Shown in pieces: positions 10,548 to 20,617 of a stretch of 64,000 nt of DNA (position 1 is the stretch's first letter; every line of letters begins with the position of its first letter). A model generated the notes under the pieces. That model worked only from the letters and a program-made list of their open reading frames with translations. It searched no databases and was not told the origin of the DNA. Source of the stretch: an uncultured Candidatus Saccharibacteria bacterium (GTDB lineage: Bacteria; Patescibacteriota; Minisyncoccia; UBA6257). Made by a program: the position numbers and the translations under genes. The stretch is from positions 32,001 to 96,000 of the forward strand of contig CAYZJA010000001.1 of the NCBI GenBank assembly GCA_964479005.1, read 5' to 3'.

Positions 10548-13181
10548 GTGCCTTTAGGAAGATTTACAGCAAAAGCTCAAGCGGCGATAGAAAGGGCTCA
10601 GCAAATGGCTATGGAAAGAAACCAGGGAGAGATGCGCGCTCTCCATCTTTTGTATGTTTTGTTGGACGAAGAAGGGTCTGGCCCAAGGGAGATTTTAGAA
10701 AAAGAATTAAAAATTAATGTAGAAAAATTCTTAAAGAAGATATTAGAGGAAATTGTTAAATTACCGCGCATCTTTTCTGTTGGCAAGGGTTTTGGTCCAA
10801 TGTATCTTTCTCAGGAAATGTTGCAAATTATAGAAGTTACCGCTAAAAAAGCGATGGAGGAAAAAAATGAATTTATTTCCCCAGAATATTTATTTTATGG
10901 CATACTTGCTTCTAAAAATTCTGCGCAGGAATTAATAAGCGAATTTAATATTAGCAAGGAAGAGTTTTTAAAAGCTCTTCATCATTATACAGCTGGTGAA
11001 AAAATTACTGATGAATTTCAAGAAGTTGGCGCTAATGCTATAGAAAAATATACCCAAGATCTTACTGAATTAGCAAGAGAGAATAAATTGGACCCAGTGA
11101 TAGAAAGGGAGGAAGAATTACGGCGAGTTATGCAGATATTGTCACGCAGGACAAAAAATAACCCAATATTAATGGGTGAAGCAGGTGTAGGAAAAACCGC
11201 TATTGTAGAAGGATTGGCTCAACGTATTGCTTCTTCCGAAGTTCCGGAAAGTTTAATTGATAAAAAAATTATATCATTAGATTTAGGGGCATTAATAGCC
11301 GGGACCCGTTTTAGAGGGGAGTTTGAAGAACGATTAAAAAATCTTCTTAAAGAAATAAAAAAGGCCGGTAATATTATAATTTTCATTGACGAAATTCATA
11401 CATTGGTAGGAGCAGGAGCGGCTGAAGGAGCTATTGACGCTTCTAATTTATTAAAACCCGCATTAGCCAGAGGTGAATTGCGGGCTATTGGAGCGGCAAC
11501 TTTTAAAGATTATCGTGAATATATTGAAAAAGACCCGGCTTTAGAAAGACGTTTTCAGCCAGTATTAGTAGAAGAACCTTCAATTGAAGAAGCAATTGAG
11601 ATTTTACGGGGATTAAAATCAAAATATGAAGCTCATCATGGATTAAAGATATCTGATCAAGCAATTATAATGGGAGTACAATTATCCAGCCGTTATATTA
11701 CCTCCCGTTTTTTGCCTGATAAAGCCATAGATTTAATGGATGAAGCCGCTTCATCAATGAGCTTGGATATTGGTAGCATTCCTTTGCCCATCTCTGAATT
11801 AGAAGCCAAAATAAAATCTCTGGAACTGCAAAAAGAGGCAAGCAAAAAGGAAATACGGGAAGGTAAAAAAATAACGCAAGATAGAAGAAGAATCGGAAAC
11901 GAGTTGAAGAAATTAAAACAAAAATATAATAAGATAAAAAGTAAATGGCAGAAGGAAAAAGAAATATTTAACGAAGTGAGCGCCATTAAAAAAGAAATAG
12001 AGGAATTAGAAAAAAATTCGCAAGAATTTGAGAGGACTGGGCAATTAGATAAAGTTGCGGAAATAATTTATGGTAAAATTCCCCAATTAAAAAAAACATT
12101 AAGATTCAATGGAAAGTCTTTGAGTAAAATTTCCGAAGAAGAAAGGTTTTTAAAAGATGAGGTAACAGCTGAAGATATCGCCCGCGTAGTTTCCCGATGG
12201 ACTGGAATTCCTGTAACAAGAATGCTTGAAGAGGAAAGCAAAAAATTAGTGAGAATGGAGAAAGACTTAAGCAAAAGAGTTGTGGGGCAAAAAGAGGCTA
12301 TTTTTGCGGTAAGCAGGGCTATTAGAAGAGCCCGCGCAGGAATATCAGAAGAAGACAGACCCATAGGTTCTTTTATGTTTTTGGGGCCAACTGGAGTGGG
12401 AAAAACAGAGCTTGCTAGGGCTTTGGCAGAATTTATGTTTTCTAATGAAAAAGCAATGATTCGTATAGATATGTCCGAGTATATGGAAAAACATAGTGTT
12501 GCCCGTTTAATTGGTTCTCCTCCTGGATATGTTGGTTATGAAGAAGGGGGGCAATTAACAGAAGCAATAAAACATCGCCCATATAGCCTGATTTTGTTTG
12601 ATGAAATAGAAAAGGCCAATCCAGAGGTATTTAATATTCTTCTTCAAATATTAGATAATGGCCGTCTTACTGACGGTAAGGGTCGGGCAGTGAATTTTAA
12701 AAACACAATTATTATTATGACCTCTAACTTGGGCGGGGAATATTTACAGGAAATGGTTTCTTTGGGATTTGTTGCGAATAAAAAGAATAAGGTGGAACAA
12801 CAGAAAGAGGAATTAAAAAATAAAATTCATGATGCTTTAAGGGAAAAATTCCGTCCAGAATTTCTTAATCGTGTTGATGAAATTGTCATTTTTAATACTT
12901 TAAGCATTCGGAGCATAGAAAAAATTGTGGATTTGCAAATAAATATAATTAATCATCGGTTAGTTGATAAGAAGATTGCTTTAAAATTAAGCAAAGAGGC
13001 AAAGAAATATTTAGCTCAAAAAGGTTATAATCCTAATTATGGCGCACGACCGTTAAAAAGACTTATTGAAAAAGAAGTCCTTGATCCTTTAGCTGATGAA
13101 ATTATCAAAGGCAAAATAAAAGAAGGAAACAAAATTACCGTTTCTTTCAAGAAAAATACTCTGAATTTATGCAAAAAATAA
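10548..13181 (+). CDS. clpB: ClpB-type AAA+ disaggregase chaperone (two AAA modules plus a middle coiled coil)
   Basis: Clp N-domain; Walker [16 protein letters not shown] and [15 protein letters not shown]; long middle coiled coil; sensor regions. Confidence 0.9.
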   Translation: MPLGRFTAKAQAAIERAQQMAMERNQGEMRALHLLYVLLDEEGSGPREILEKELKINVEKFLKKILEEIVKLPRIFSVGKGFGPMYLSQEMLQIIEVTAKKAMEEKNEFISPEYLFYGILASKNSAQELISEFNISKEEFLKALHHYTAGEKITDEFQEVGANAIEKYTQDLTELARENKLDPVIEREEELRRVMQILSRRTKNNPILMGEAGVGKTAIVEGLAQRIASSEVPESLIDKKIISLDLGALIAGTRFRGEFEERLKNLLKEIKKAGNIIIFIDEIHTLVGAGAAEGAIDASNLLKPALARGELRAIGAATFKDYREYIEKDPALERRFQPVLVEEPSIEEAIEILRGLKSKYEAHHGLKISDQAIIMGVQLSSRYITSRFLPDKAIDLMDEAASSMSLDIGSIPLPISELEAKIKSLELQKEASKKEIREGKKITQDRRRIGNELKKLKQKYNKIKSKWQKEKEIFNEVSAIKKEIEELEKNSQEFERTGQLDKVAEIIYGKIPQLKKTLRFNGKSLSKISEEERFLKDEVTAEDIARVVSRWTGIPVTRMLEEESKKLVRMEKDLSKRVVGQKEAIFAVSRAIRRARAGISEEDRPIGSFMFLGPTGVGKTELARALAEFMFSNEKAMIRIDMSEYMEKHSVARLIGSPPGYVGYEEGGQLTEAIKHRPYSLILFDEIEKANPEVFNILLQILDNGRLTDGKGRAVNFKNTIIIMTSNLGGEYLQEMVSLGFVANKKNKVEQQKEELKNKIHDALREKFRPEFLNRVDEIVIFNTLSIRSIEKIVDLQINIINHRLVDKKIALKLSKEAKKYLAQKGYNPNYGARPLKRLIEKEVLDPLADEIIKGKIKEGNKITVSFKKNTLNLCKK

Positions 13182-13816
13182 AAGATTTTTTTTCTTTTAT
13201 CGGAATTAGAAAGTTTCTCTTTTTTTTGTTCTACGGCTTTTGTCTGATTGGTAGCATCCTTTTTTCTTTATCTTTTTTTCAGTCTATTTTTATATGTTTT
13301 TTGCTAATTTTTCTATGGAAAGCGTTTTTAGGCCTTTCCTGGTTTAATTTTATCTTTCTTCTTTTAGCTTCTCTCGAAGTCAATATTTTAGTCTTTTTTG
13401 TAAAACCTTTGTGGGCTATTGGTTTTGTTTTAATATTTCTGGGTCTTTTTTGGAAGAAATTGTTTTTTCCTCTACCTAGAGAAAAGTATTGGCAGGAACT
13501 TTTATTTTATTATCTTTTTTTATTTTGGATAATTATTTCCTACGGCCTTTATTTTTTTCTTAATTATCCTTTTTGGATTGGGTTTTTAATTTATGCTTTA
13601 GGGCTAATAGGTTTTTCCTATTTTTATTTTTTTTCCACTGACACCTTGCGCTCAGATTTTCTACCGTCATTTTTGGTTTTGATTCTTGTGAATTTGGAAT
13701 TTTTCTTGCTTCTAAGTTATCTTTCCCTGAGTACTTTGGCATTAGGAGTACTTAGCATTTTAATTTTCCGTTTTGTTATTTATCTCTTCCAATATGATTG
13801 GGAAAAGTTTTTCTAA
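13169..13816 (+). CDS. Hypothetical polytopic membrane protein (F/L-rich)
   Basis: Highly hydrophobic 215-aa ORF. Its start overlaps the clpB stop; its 3' end overlaps pth convergently by 57 bp. It may be an artefact of T-rich sequence. Confidence 0.3.
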   Translation: MQKIKDFFSFIGIRKFLFFLFYGFCLIGSILFSLSFFQSIFICFLLIFLWKAFLGLSWFNFIFLLLASLEVNILVFFVKPLWAIGFVLIFLGLFWKKLFFPLPREKYWQELLFYYLFLFWIIISYGLYFFLNYPFWIGFLIYALGLIGFSYFYFFSTDTLRSDFLPSFLVLILVNLEFFLLLSYLSLSTLALGVLSILIFRFVIYLFQYDWEKFF

Positions 13817-14305
13817 AACCTTATTTTCTTGCAGAGTGAAATTTTTGAGAACCAATTTATCGGCTTTTTCCCTTTTTTTGGAAGAAGGCCTGATGCCTAT
13901 TCTTATTCTATAAAAAGTTTTTGATTTGAGGTAATTAATAATAGATTTAATACCATTGTGTCCTGCTGATCCGCGATCATAGCTTATTTTAAAATCTCCT
14001 AAGCTTATATCAGCGTCATCTTGCGCAATGAATATATTTTTTAGCGGTACGTTATAAAATTTTTTAAGCTGGACCACGCTTTTTCCTGAATTATTCATAA
14101 ATATCAGTGGTTTGGCTAAGATAATCTTTTTATCTTTTTTTTCAACGTAGCTTATTTCAGCAAAGCATCTTTTATTCTTTTCCCAGCCAGAACCACGCCA
14201 CTCTTTTTCTAAAAACATGACAAAATCAGAACCGATATTATGTCGGTTTTTTTCATATTTTTTATCAGGATTTCCTAAGCCAATGAGAAGATAGTTTTTA
14301 TTCAT
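13760..14305 (-). CDS. pth: Peptidyl-tRNA hydrolase
   Basis: LIGLGNPDKKYEKNRHNIG ... ISYDRGSAGHNGIKSI. Confidence 0.9.
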   Translation of the reverse strand: MNKNYLLIGLGNPDKKYEKNRHNIGSDFVMFLEKEWRGSGWEKNKRCFAEISYVEKKDKKIILAKPLIFMNNSGKSVVQLKKFYNVPLKNIFIAQDDADISLGDFKISYDRGSAGHNGIKSIINYLKSKTFYRIRIGIRPSSKKREKADKLVLKNFTLQENKVLEKLFPIILEEINNKTEN

Positions 14306-15308
14306 AAATTTTTTCCTTAATATAATTATTTATTTCTTCATAATTTTCAAATCCTTTGGCTGGTATAAGAATATAAATATCCTTGTCAGCCCAATTGTCA
14401 TATATTGTAGATGTCATTAATAGTTCATCAGGGGGTTTGTTTGTTATGCTGAGATATTGGATTTGGCTGGATGATATATCCTTCACAACAGGGAATATTT
14501 GCCATATTGTATTAAAATCCAGGTTAGTGATAACATGCCCGCTTAAAGACTGCCAAATCTTTAACCAAGTAATTAAATTCCAAATGTCAGCTAATTTAGT
14601 AAGTTTATCTTTTAATGCGGCAATTATTTGTTGTTGATGCTCAATTCTATAGAAATCGCCATTAGGGGCATAACGTGTGCGAATAAATTTTATAACTAAT
14701 GCTCCGTCTAAATGGCGCCAGCCAGCAGAAAGATGAAAAATTTCCGAAGGATTATGGGGATTTACTAAACTTGGATCTATTATATCTTTTTCCAGCCAAA
14801 TATCTATTCCTCCCAAAGCGTCAATTAACTTTTCAAATCCTTTTAAATCAAGAATAACAATATAATTCATAGGCAATCCTGTTATGTCCTCTATTTTTTC
14901 TTTTATTAATTCATAAGAGTCTGCTTTTGAGAATCTTTTTCCTTTGTTTTCTAATTCATAAAGGGAATTAATTTTAACGCCAGTAGAGCCACTTGGAATT
15001 TTTACCCATAAATCTCGGGGCAGGGAAATCATTGAGATTTGTTTTTTAGATGGAATAATACTCGCGACGAAAATAGTGTCGGTAAGAAAAGCGCCTCGCG
15101 ATTCTTCTCCTGCTATTCCTAAAAAGAGGATATTAATTGGTGAATTTTCTGGTTTTGGAAATTCTTCTTTTGAGAAGGCGTTGGAATCATTATTATAAGA
15201 AAAAGAGTATTTTTTTGAATCATTTAATCCATAAAATAAAAAGAACAGAAATATAATTCCGCCAATAATTAACCCCAATACGATGGTTTTTTTGTTAATT
15301 AACGTCAT
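14298..15308 (-). CDS. LytR-CpsA-Psr (LCP) family cell-envelope phosphotransferase
   Basis: N-terminal TM anchor and LCP core FLTDTIFVASI...SLPRDLWVKIP. Overlaps the pth start by 8 nt, so the two are likely an operon. Confidence 0.85.
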   Translation of the reverse strand: MTLINKKTIVLGLIIGGIIFLFFLFYGLNDSKKYSFSYNNDSNAFSKEEFPKPENSPINILFLGIAGEESRGAFLTDTIFVASIIPSKKQISMISLPRDLWVKIPSGSTGVKINSLYELENKGKRFSKADSYELIKEKIEDITGLPMNYIVILDLKGFEKLIDALGGIDIWLEKDIIDPSLVNPHNPSEIFHLSAGWRHLDGALVIKFIRTRYAPNGDFYRIEHQQQIIAALKDKLTKLADIWNLITWLKIWQSLSGHVITNLDFNTIWQIFPVVKDISSSQIQYLSITNKPPDELLMTSTIYDNWADKDIYILIPAKGFENYEEINNYIKEKIYE

Positions 15309-15427
15309 GCTTTCTATAATCTAACATATTTGCTTTGATGGTTCAATTATGGTATTATCAGCAATAGTTTTTACTAATTATGAGCCAAAGGCGAATAACA
15401 AGGTTCTTGTAAACGAGGTTCTTATAT

Positions 15428-15958
15428 ATGTGGAAGAAAATTCTTCGGGAAAATATAGAAATGATTTTTATCGCTATTCTTATAGTCGCTCCTATAAGAT
15501 ATTTTTTAATTCAACCTTTTATAGTTCATGGCAGCAGTATGGAGCCAAATTTCTATACCCAGGATTATCTCATTATTGATGAATTGTCGTATCGCTTTCG
15601 TCAGCCAACAAGATATGAAGTAATAGTTTTTAAAGCCCCTAATCATCCACATCAATATTATATCAAAAGAATTCTTGCTTTACCTATGGAAACAATAATC
15701 ATAGAAGATGGCAATATAACCGTACTTGATAGTTCTGGGGCTCAAATCTCTTTAGAAGAAAATTTTTTACCTAAGGCATCAAATACCTCAGGCAATCTTG
15801 AGTTAACCCTTGGAGAAAACGAACTTTTTGTTTTAGGCGACAATCGTTTGGCTTCTTACGATTCACGTAATTGGGGGCCCTTGGATGAAAAATTGGTAAT
15901 AGGCCGGGTATGGCTTCGGCTTTGGCCTTCACAAAGAATAATGGCTTATGGTTTATAA
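15428..15958 (+). CDS. lepB: Signal peptidase I
   Basis: Catalytic Ser box VHGSSMEPNF, Lys box YIKRILALP, box E LGDNRLASYDSRNWGP. Confidence 0.85.
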   Translation: MWKKILRENIEMIFIAILIVAPIRYFLIQPFIVHGSSMEPNFYTQDYLIIDELSYRFRQPTRYEVIVFKAPNHPHQYYIKRILALPMETIIIEDGNITVLDSSGAQISLEENFLPKASNTSGNLELTLGENELFVLGDNRLASYDSRNWGPLDEKLVIGRVWLRLWPSQRIMAYGL

Positions 15959-17252
15959 AAGAAAATTTTTTCAAACGCTTCGCGGAATGAAAGATATCTT
16001 GGCAAAAGATTGGCTTTATTATGATTATATTTTATCTAATGCTAAAAAGATTTTCGAATTTTACGGTTTTCAAAGAATAGAAACTCCCATATTAGAAAAA
16101 GCCGAATTATTTACCAAAGGAATAGGTAAAAAAACAGATATTGTAGGCAAAGAGATGTATATTTTGAGAGCCAAAGAAAATAAGGAATTATTGGCTCTTC
16201 GGCCAGAAGGAACAGCTTCAATAGTAAGGGCATATATAGAAAAAGGGATGTTTAATTTGCCTCAGCCAGTCAAGCTTTATCATTTTGGTCCTTTCTTTCG
16301 CCATGAAAAACCACAAGCCGGCCGTTACCGTCAATTCTATCAATTAGGAGCGGAAATAATTGGGGAAGGTTCTCCAGCCACTGATGTAGAAATAATTATT
16401 GCTTCAAAAGTTTTTTTAGAAAGCTTGGGATTTAAGCAAAAGAATATTTGTTTATCTCTTAATAGTATTGGTTGTTCTGAATGTAGGCCTGTCTATATAA
16501 AAGAATTAAAAAAATATTATAGAAAATATATTAAGCAAATCTGCGCTGATTGCCGAAGGCGCATAAGAGAAAATCCTTTAAGGGTTTTAGATTGTAAAAA
16601 TGAGAAATGTTTATCTATTAAAAATGGCGCTCCAACTTTTTTAGATTACCTTTGTTTAGAATGTCATAGCCACTTTAAAGATATTTTAGAATTATTGGAT
16701 TATTTAGGCATTTCTTACATACTGGACAAAACATTAGTCCGGGGGTTTGATTATTACACAAGAACTGTTTTTGAATTTTCTCTTGGCAGCGAAATAAAAA
16801 GCATTGCTTTAGCTGGTGGTGGAAGATATGATAAATTGGTAAAATTTTTAGGCGGAACATATAAACCGGCTGTTGGCGTTGCTTTTGGCGTTGAAAGATT
16901 GATAAATGAGTTGATAAAAAAAGGCAAAGAATTAGTTTTGCCAAAACCAAAAATATTTTTGGTGCAAATAGGAGATGCGGCAAAGAGGCAATCTTTCAAG
17001 CTTTTAGAGCAATTTCGTAAAGAAAATATTTTTCTTGGGGAGAATTTAGGAAAAGAGAGTTTAAGGGCTCAATTAACAGCTGCCAATAAATTAAATGTAG
17101 ACTATGTTCTTATACTTGGACAGGAAGAGGTTTTAAATGGTATGATAATTTTGAAAGATATGGATTCAGGGCTGCAAGAATTAATTCCTCTGGAAAAGAT
17201 AATCAATGAAGTTAAAAAGCGATTAAAGAAGCAGAAAACAAAGAACAAATAA
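15948..17252 (+). CDS. hisS: Histidyl-tRNA synthetase, with a Cys-rich (CxxC x4) insertion domain
   Basis: N-terminus RGMKDIL, RPEGTASIVRAY, motif 2 FRHEKPQAGRYRQFYQLGAEIIG, motif 3 GGGRYD. The insertion-domain residues are replaced by CSEC...CADC...CKNEKC...CLEC. Confidence 0.9.
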   Translation: MVYKRKFFQTLRGMKDILAKDWLYYDYILSNAKKIFEFYGFQRIETPILEKAELFTKGIGKKTDIVGKEMYILRAKENKELLALRPEGTASIVRAYIEKGMFNLPQPVKLYHFGPFFRHEKPQAGRYRQFYQLGAEIIGEGSPATDVEIIIASKVFLESLGFKQKNICLSLNSIGCSECRPVYIKELKKYYRKYIKQICADCRRRIRENPLRVLDCKNEKCLSIKNGAPTFLDYLCLECHSHFKDILELLDYLGISYILDKTLVRGFDYYTRTVFEFSLGSEIKSIALAGGGRYDKLVKFLGGTYKPAVGVAFGVERLINELIKKGKELVLPKPKIFLVQIGDAAKRQSFKLLEQFRKENIFLGENLGKESLRAQLTAANKLNVDYVLILGQEEVLNGMIILKDMDSGLQELIPLEKIINEVKKRLKKQKTKNK

Positions 17253-17279
17253 CAAATAACAAATAACAATTTGTAAGAT

Positions 17280-17495
17280 ATGCCTATTACAGTAAAAAGA
17301 AGACAAGGAGAAAATCAGAATTCTTTTCTCGGCCGAGCCTTTAAGATTATAAAAAAGAGTGGTGTGCTTTTGGAAGCTCGAAAAAGAAAATATTACCATT
17401 CTAAACCGACTAAAAGAAGCCAAAAATTATCAGCTCTTCATAAAATAAAAGTTCTCAAAGAAGTAGCTATTAAAAGAAAAAAGGGGATTCTTTAA
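17280..17495 (+). CDS. rpsU: 30S ribosomal protein bS21
   Basis: MPITVKRRQGENQNSFLGRAFKIIKKSGVLLEARKRKYYHSKPTKRSQK. Confidence 0.85.
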   Translation: MPITVKRRQGENQNSFLGRAFKIIKKSGVLLEARKRKYYHSKPTKRSQKLSALHKIKVLKEVAIKRKKGIL

Positions 17496-17504
17496 CATAA
17501 AACG

Positions 17505-17990
17505 ATGGTTTTCAAGCATGAAGTTTTAATATATAATTTAGATAGACAAAATATCCCTTCTAAAAGATTCTTTTACGGCATTGTTGAGAAGTCCTTAATC
17601 GTTCTAAAAGAAAACAAAAGAATAGTTTTATCTTTAATTTTTGTCAATTCTCAAAATATTCGCCGGTTAAATAATTATTGGCGAGGAAAAAATAAAGAGA
17701 CCACTGTTCTTTCTTTTCCCTTGAATGAAACTCTTCCGCTAGAATTAGGAAAAAAAGAAAAAATACTTGGGGATATTTTTCTTTGCCCTGAAGAAATAAA
17801 AAGACAAGTTAAAATATTCAATGTATCCCTGGATTCTTTTTATCAAAAATTAGTAGTCCATAGCCTATTGCATCTTTATGGGTATACTCATGATAAAAAG
17901 GAGAACAAGTTGAAAATGGAACGTTTAGAAAATAAAATTCTGCTCACTCTGGCTCCCAGAATTTTGTTTTCTCGCTTTGCTCAAAAATAA
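17505..17990 (+). CDS. ybeY: rRNA maturation endoribonuclease YbeY
   Basis: Zn-binding HSLLHLYGYTHD (HxxxHxxGxxH). Confidence 0.8.
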   Translation: MVFKHEVLIYNLDRQNIPSKRFFYGIVEKSLIVLKENKRIVLSLIFVNSQNIRRLNNYWRGKNKETTVLSFPLNETLPLELGKKEKILGDIFLCPEEIKRQVKIFNVSLDSFYQKLVVHSLLHLYGYTHDKKENKLKMERLENKILLTLAPRILFSRFAQK

Positions 17991-18045
17991 AATTCTACAG
18001 GCAATTAATGAGTAATTAATAATTTGTAATTGGAAAATAACAAAT

Positions 18046-19254
18046 ATGCGTTCTCATATTTTAGCAATAGATTTAGGCACGTCTAATATGAAAGCTTTAG
18101 TTGGAAAGCAAGATTCTGACAATTGGAGTGTTGTTTTGTCTGCCCATAGAAAATCTCGCGGCATTAAAAAAGGAGAAATTGTGGATATAGAGGGAACAGC
18201 TGAGGAATTAGATAATTTGGTGGCAGAAATAGAAGGAATGCTAAAGAATGTTCATTTTAAAGAATCCATTATAGGCATAGGAGGTCCTAATATAAAAACC
18301 CGTCTTTCTAAGGGTGTGGCCGTAGTTTCACGGCCAGATCAGGAGATTACTGAGGAAGATAAAGAAAGGGCAGATAAAGCTGCCCAAGCTTTTGCTCTTC
18401 CATCTAACAGAACATTAGTTCAAACTGTTTCAAGAAGCTACATTGTTGATGGAGTGGCAAAAGTAAAAGATCCAGTAGGAATGAAAGGATTAAAAATTGA
18501 GACCGAGTGCCTTTTAATTGATGCTTTTAGCCCTAATATTAGTTATATTAATCGTTTAGGCGAAATAATTGGTTTAAGGCTTGATCCAAAAATTATTTTA
18601 CCATTTGCAGGGGCAGAAATTGTTCTTACTGACCAAGATAAAGATTTAGGGGTAATTGCTTTGGATTTAGGCGCTGGAACTACTAGCGCTTGTGTTTATG
18701 AAAATGATGAGATTTTGGATTTGCAGGTGTTTTCAATGGGAGGGGATAATATTACAAATGATATTGCAGTAGGCCTAAAAACTTATGTTGATATTGCTGA
18801 AAAAATAAAAGTTAATGAAGGTGCGGCAATAAAAAAGAAAATTAGCAAGAATGAAAATGTAGATTTAAATATTTACCTGGAAGAAACTGAATCTAGCGAG
18901 AAAGTAAGTAAAAGATTTTTAGCGGAAATTATTGAAGCTCGCTTATCAGAAATTTTCGATTTAGTAATAAAAAGATTAAAAGAAATTGATCGCTTTGGAA
19001 AACTTCCTGGCGGCGTGGTTCTTTATGGCGGTGGGGCTAATATGCCTTTTATTGTTGAGTTAGCAAAAGAAAAATTCAAACTTCCTGTAAGATTAGCTAA
19101 TCCGGATATTGAATGGTATAGAGAAAACCCAGATTTATCTTTTATTCCTGTATTGGGATTACTTAACTTGAGATTTCAAGCAGAAAATGGTCCGATTCCC
19201 ATGGAAAATAAGATTTTTCAAAAAATTAGGAATTTTTTCAATGGCCGTTTATAA
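18046..19254 (+). CDS. ftsA: Cell division protein FtsA
   Basis: Actin-like ATPase: N-terminus ILAIDLGTSNMKALVG, phosphate-2 DLGAGTTS, adenosine motif GGGANMP. Confidence 0.9.
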   Translation: MRSHILAIDLGTSNMKALVGKQDSDNWSVVLSAHRKSRGIKKGEIVDIEGTAEELDNLVAEIEGMLKNVHFKESIIGIGGPNIKTRLSKGVAVVSRPDQEITEEDKERADKAAQAFALPSNRTLVQTVSRSYIVDGVAKVKDPVGMKGLKIETECLLIDAFSPNISYINRLGEIIGLRLDPKIILPFAGAEIVLTDQDKDLGVIALDLGAGTTSACVYENDEILDLQVFSMGGDNITNDIAVGLKTYVDIAEKIKVNEGAAIKKKISKNENVDLNIYLEETESSEKVSKRFLAEIIEARLSEIFDLVIKRLKEIDRFGKLPGGVVLYGGGANMPFIVELAKEKFKLPVRLANPDIEWYRENPDLSFIPVLGLLNLRFQAENGPIPMENKIFQKIRNFFNGRL

Positions 19255-19310
19255 TATCAAATATTAAACATTAAACTTTTAAACTGACAGCGTAGCATTA
19301 CAATAATTTT

Positions 19311-20540
19311 ATGAAAAAACAAAAAAAAAGAGTACTAATAGAAAAAAAACAGAATAAAGGGTTAAAACATAAACAGAAGCCAAAACAGAAATTGGTTGAG
19401 AAACCAAAACAAAGATTGAGGCCAATAAGGAAGAAAGCAAAGGAAAAGGAAAAGAAGAAGTTTTTAACTAAAAATATTCGTGTAAAAATAGTTGGTGTAG
19501 GGGGAGCTGGTGGAAATGTAGTGACAAGGATGAAAGAGAAAAAGATTGAGGGAGTAGAGTTTATTACTATTAACACTGATACTCAAGGTTTGCATAATAC
19601 AAAGGCAGATATTAAATTACAAATTGGAAAAGAAGTTTGCCGCGGGTTAGGGGCTGGAATGGACCCAACAAGGGGAAGAGAAGCGGCAGAGGAAAATATT
19701 GAAGAAATAAATCAGATAATCCAAGGCGCTGATATGCTATTTCTTACATGTGGTTTGGGAGGAGGAACTGGTTCAGGCGCTTCGTCTATTATTGCAAATT
19801 TGGCAAGACAATCAGGAGCTTTGGTGATAGCGGTAGTAACAAGGCCGTTTGTTTTTGAAGGAGAAAAAAGGTTGGAAATTGCCGAGGAGGCATGGAGCAG
19901 GCTTTTCAATGAAGTTGACGCTTTAGTGACAATTCCTAATGATAGAATTTTTAATATTATTGATGAAAAGACGCCGATTCTTGACGCTTTTATTAAAGTT
20001 GATGATGTTTTAAAGCAGGGAGTGGAAGGAATGGTTAATTTAATTGCTTATCCTGGTTTAATTAACTTAGATTTTGCAAATTTAAGAACAACTTTAACAG
20101 AGGCGGGAAGCACTTTATTGGGGATAGGAAAAGCAAAAGGGCAGGAACGGGCGAAAAAAGCGGCTCAATTAGCTATTTCCTCGCCTTTATTAGATATTTC
20201 TATAGACGGGGCAAGACGTGTTCTGTTTAATGTGGCTGGCGGGAAAGATATGTCATTAGTGGAAATTCATGACGCGGCTCGAGTTATTACTGAATCTATA
20301 GCAAAAGATGCGCAGGTGGTTTTCGGCGCTAGTTTTGATAATGATCTTAGGAAAGGAGAAATGAAAGTTACAGTTGTAGCTGGAGGTTTTGGAGAAGAAT
20401 TTAAAGAAACCAGTCGCGTTTTACCATTAGAAATAAAAATTCCTGTGAACGAAGAAGAAAAAAAAGAAGAAAAAGCAAAAGAATTTGAGATTCCCGCTTT
20501 TCTCCGAAGAAAAAACAAGAAAGACGACGAAGAAGAATAA
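19311..20540 (+). CDS. ftsZ: Cell division GTPase FtsZ, with a ~50-aa Lys-rich N-terminal extension
   Basis: GVGGAGGNVV, tubulin signature GLGGGTGSGASSIIA, T7 loop NLDFANL. Confidence 0.95.
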   Translation: MKKQKKRVLIEKKQNKGLKHKQKPKQKLVEKPKQRLRPIRKKAKEKEKKKFLTKNIRVKIVGVGGAGGNVVTRMKEKKIEGVEFITINTDTQGLHNTKADIKLQIGKEVCRGLGAGMDPTRGREAAEENIEEINQIIQGADMLFLTCGLGGGTGSGASSIIANLARQSGALVIAVVTRPFVFEGEKRLEIAEEAWSRLFNEVDALVTIPNDRIFNIIDEKTPILDAFIKVDDVLKQGVEGMVNLIAYPGLINLDFANLRTTLTEAGSTLLGIGKAKGQERAKKAAQLAISSPLLDISIDGARRVLFNVAGGKDMSLVEIHDAARVITESIAKDAQVVFGASFDNDLRKGEMKVTVVAGGFGEEFKETSRVLPLEIKIPVNEEEKKEEKAKEFEIPAFLRRKNKKDDEEE

Positions 20541-20617
20541 TAATAATCAAGAACCAAATAACAATTAACATTTTTGTTAGCTGTTAGTTGTTCATTCTTA
20601 ATTTATATTTTATTTGT

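Noticed and set aside
13169-13816. Treating the F/L-rich 215-aa ORF as a confident membrane protein gene.
   Set aside because: It is a T-rich low-complexity translation that overlaps pth convergently by 57 bp. It is kept only as a low-confidence feature.
15349-15579. A 76-aa ORF overlapping the start of lepB in another frame.
   Set aside because: The lepB frame carries the conserved signal peptidase motifs. The alternative frame is compositionally artefactual.
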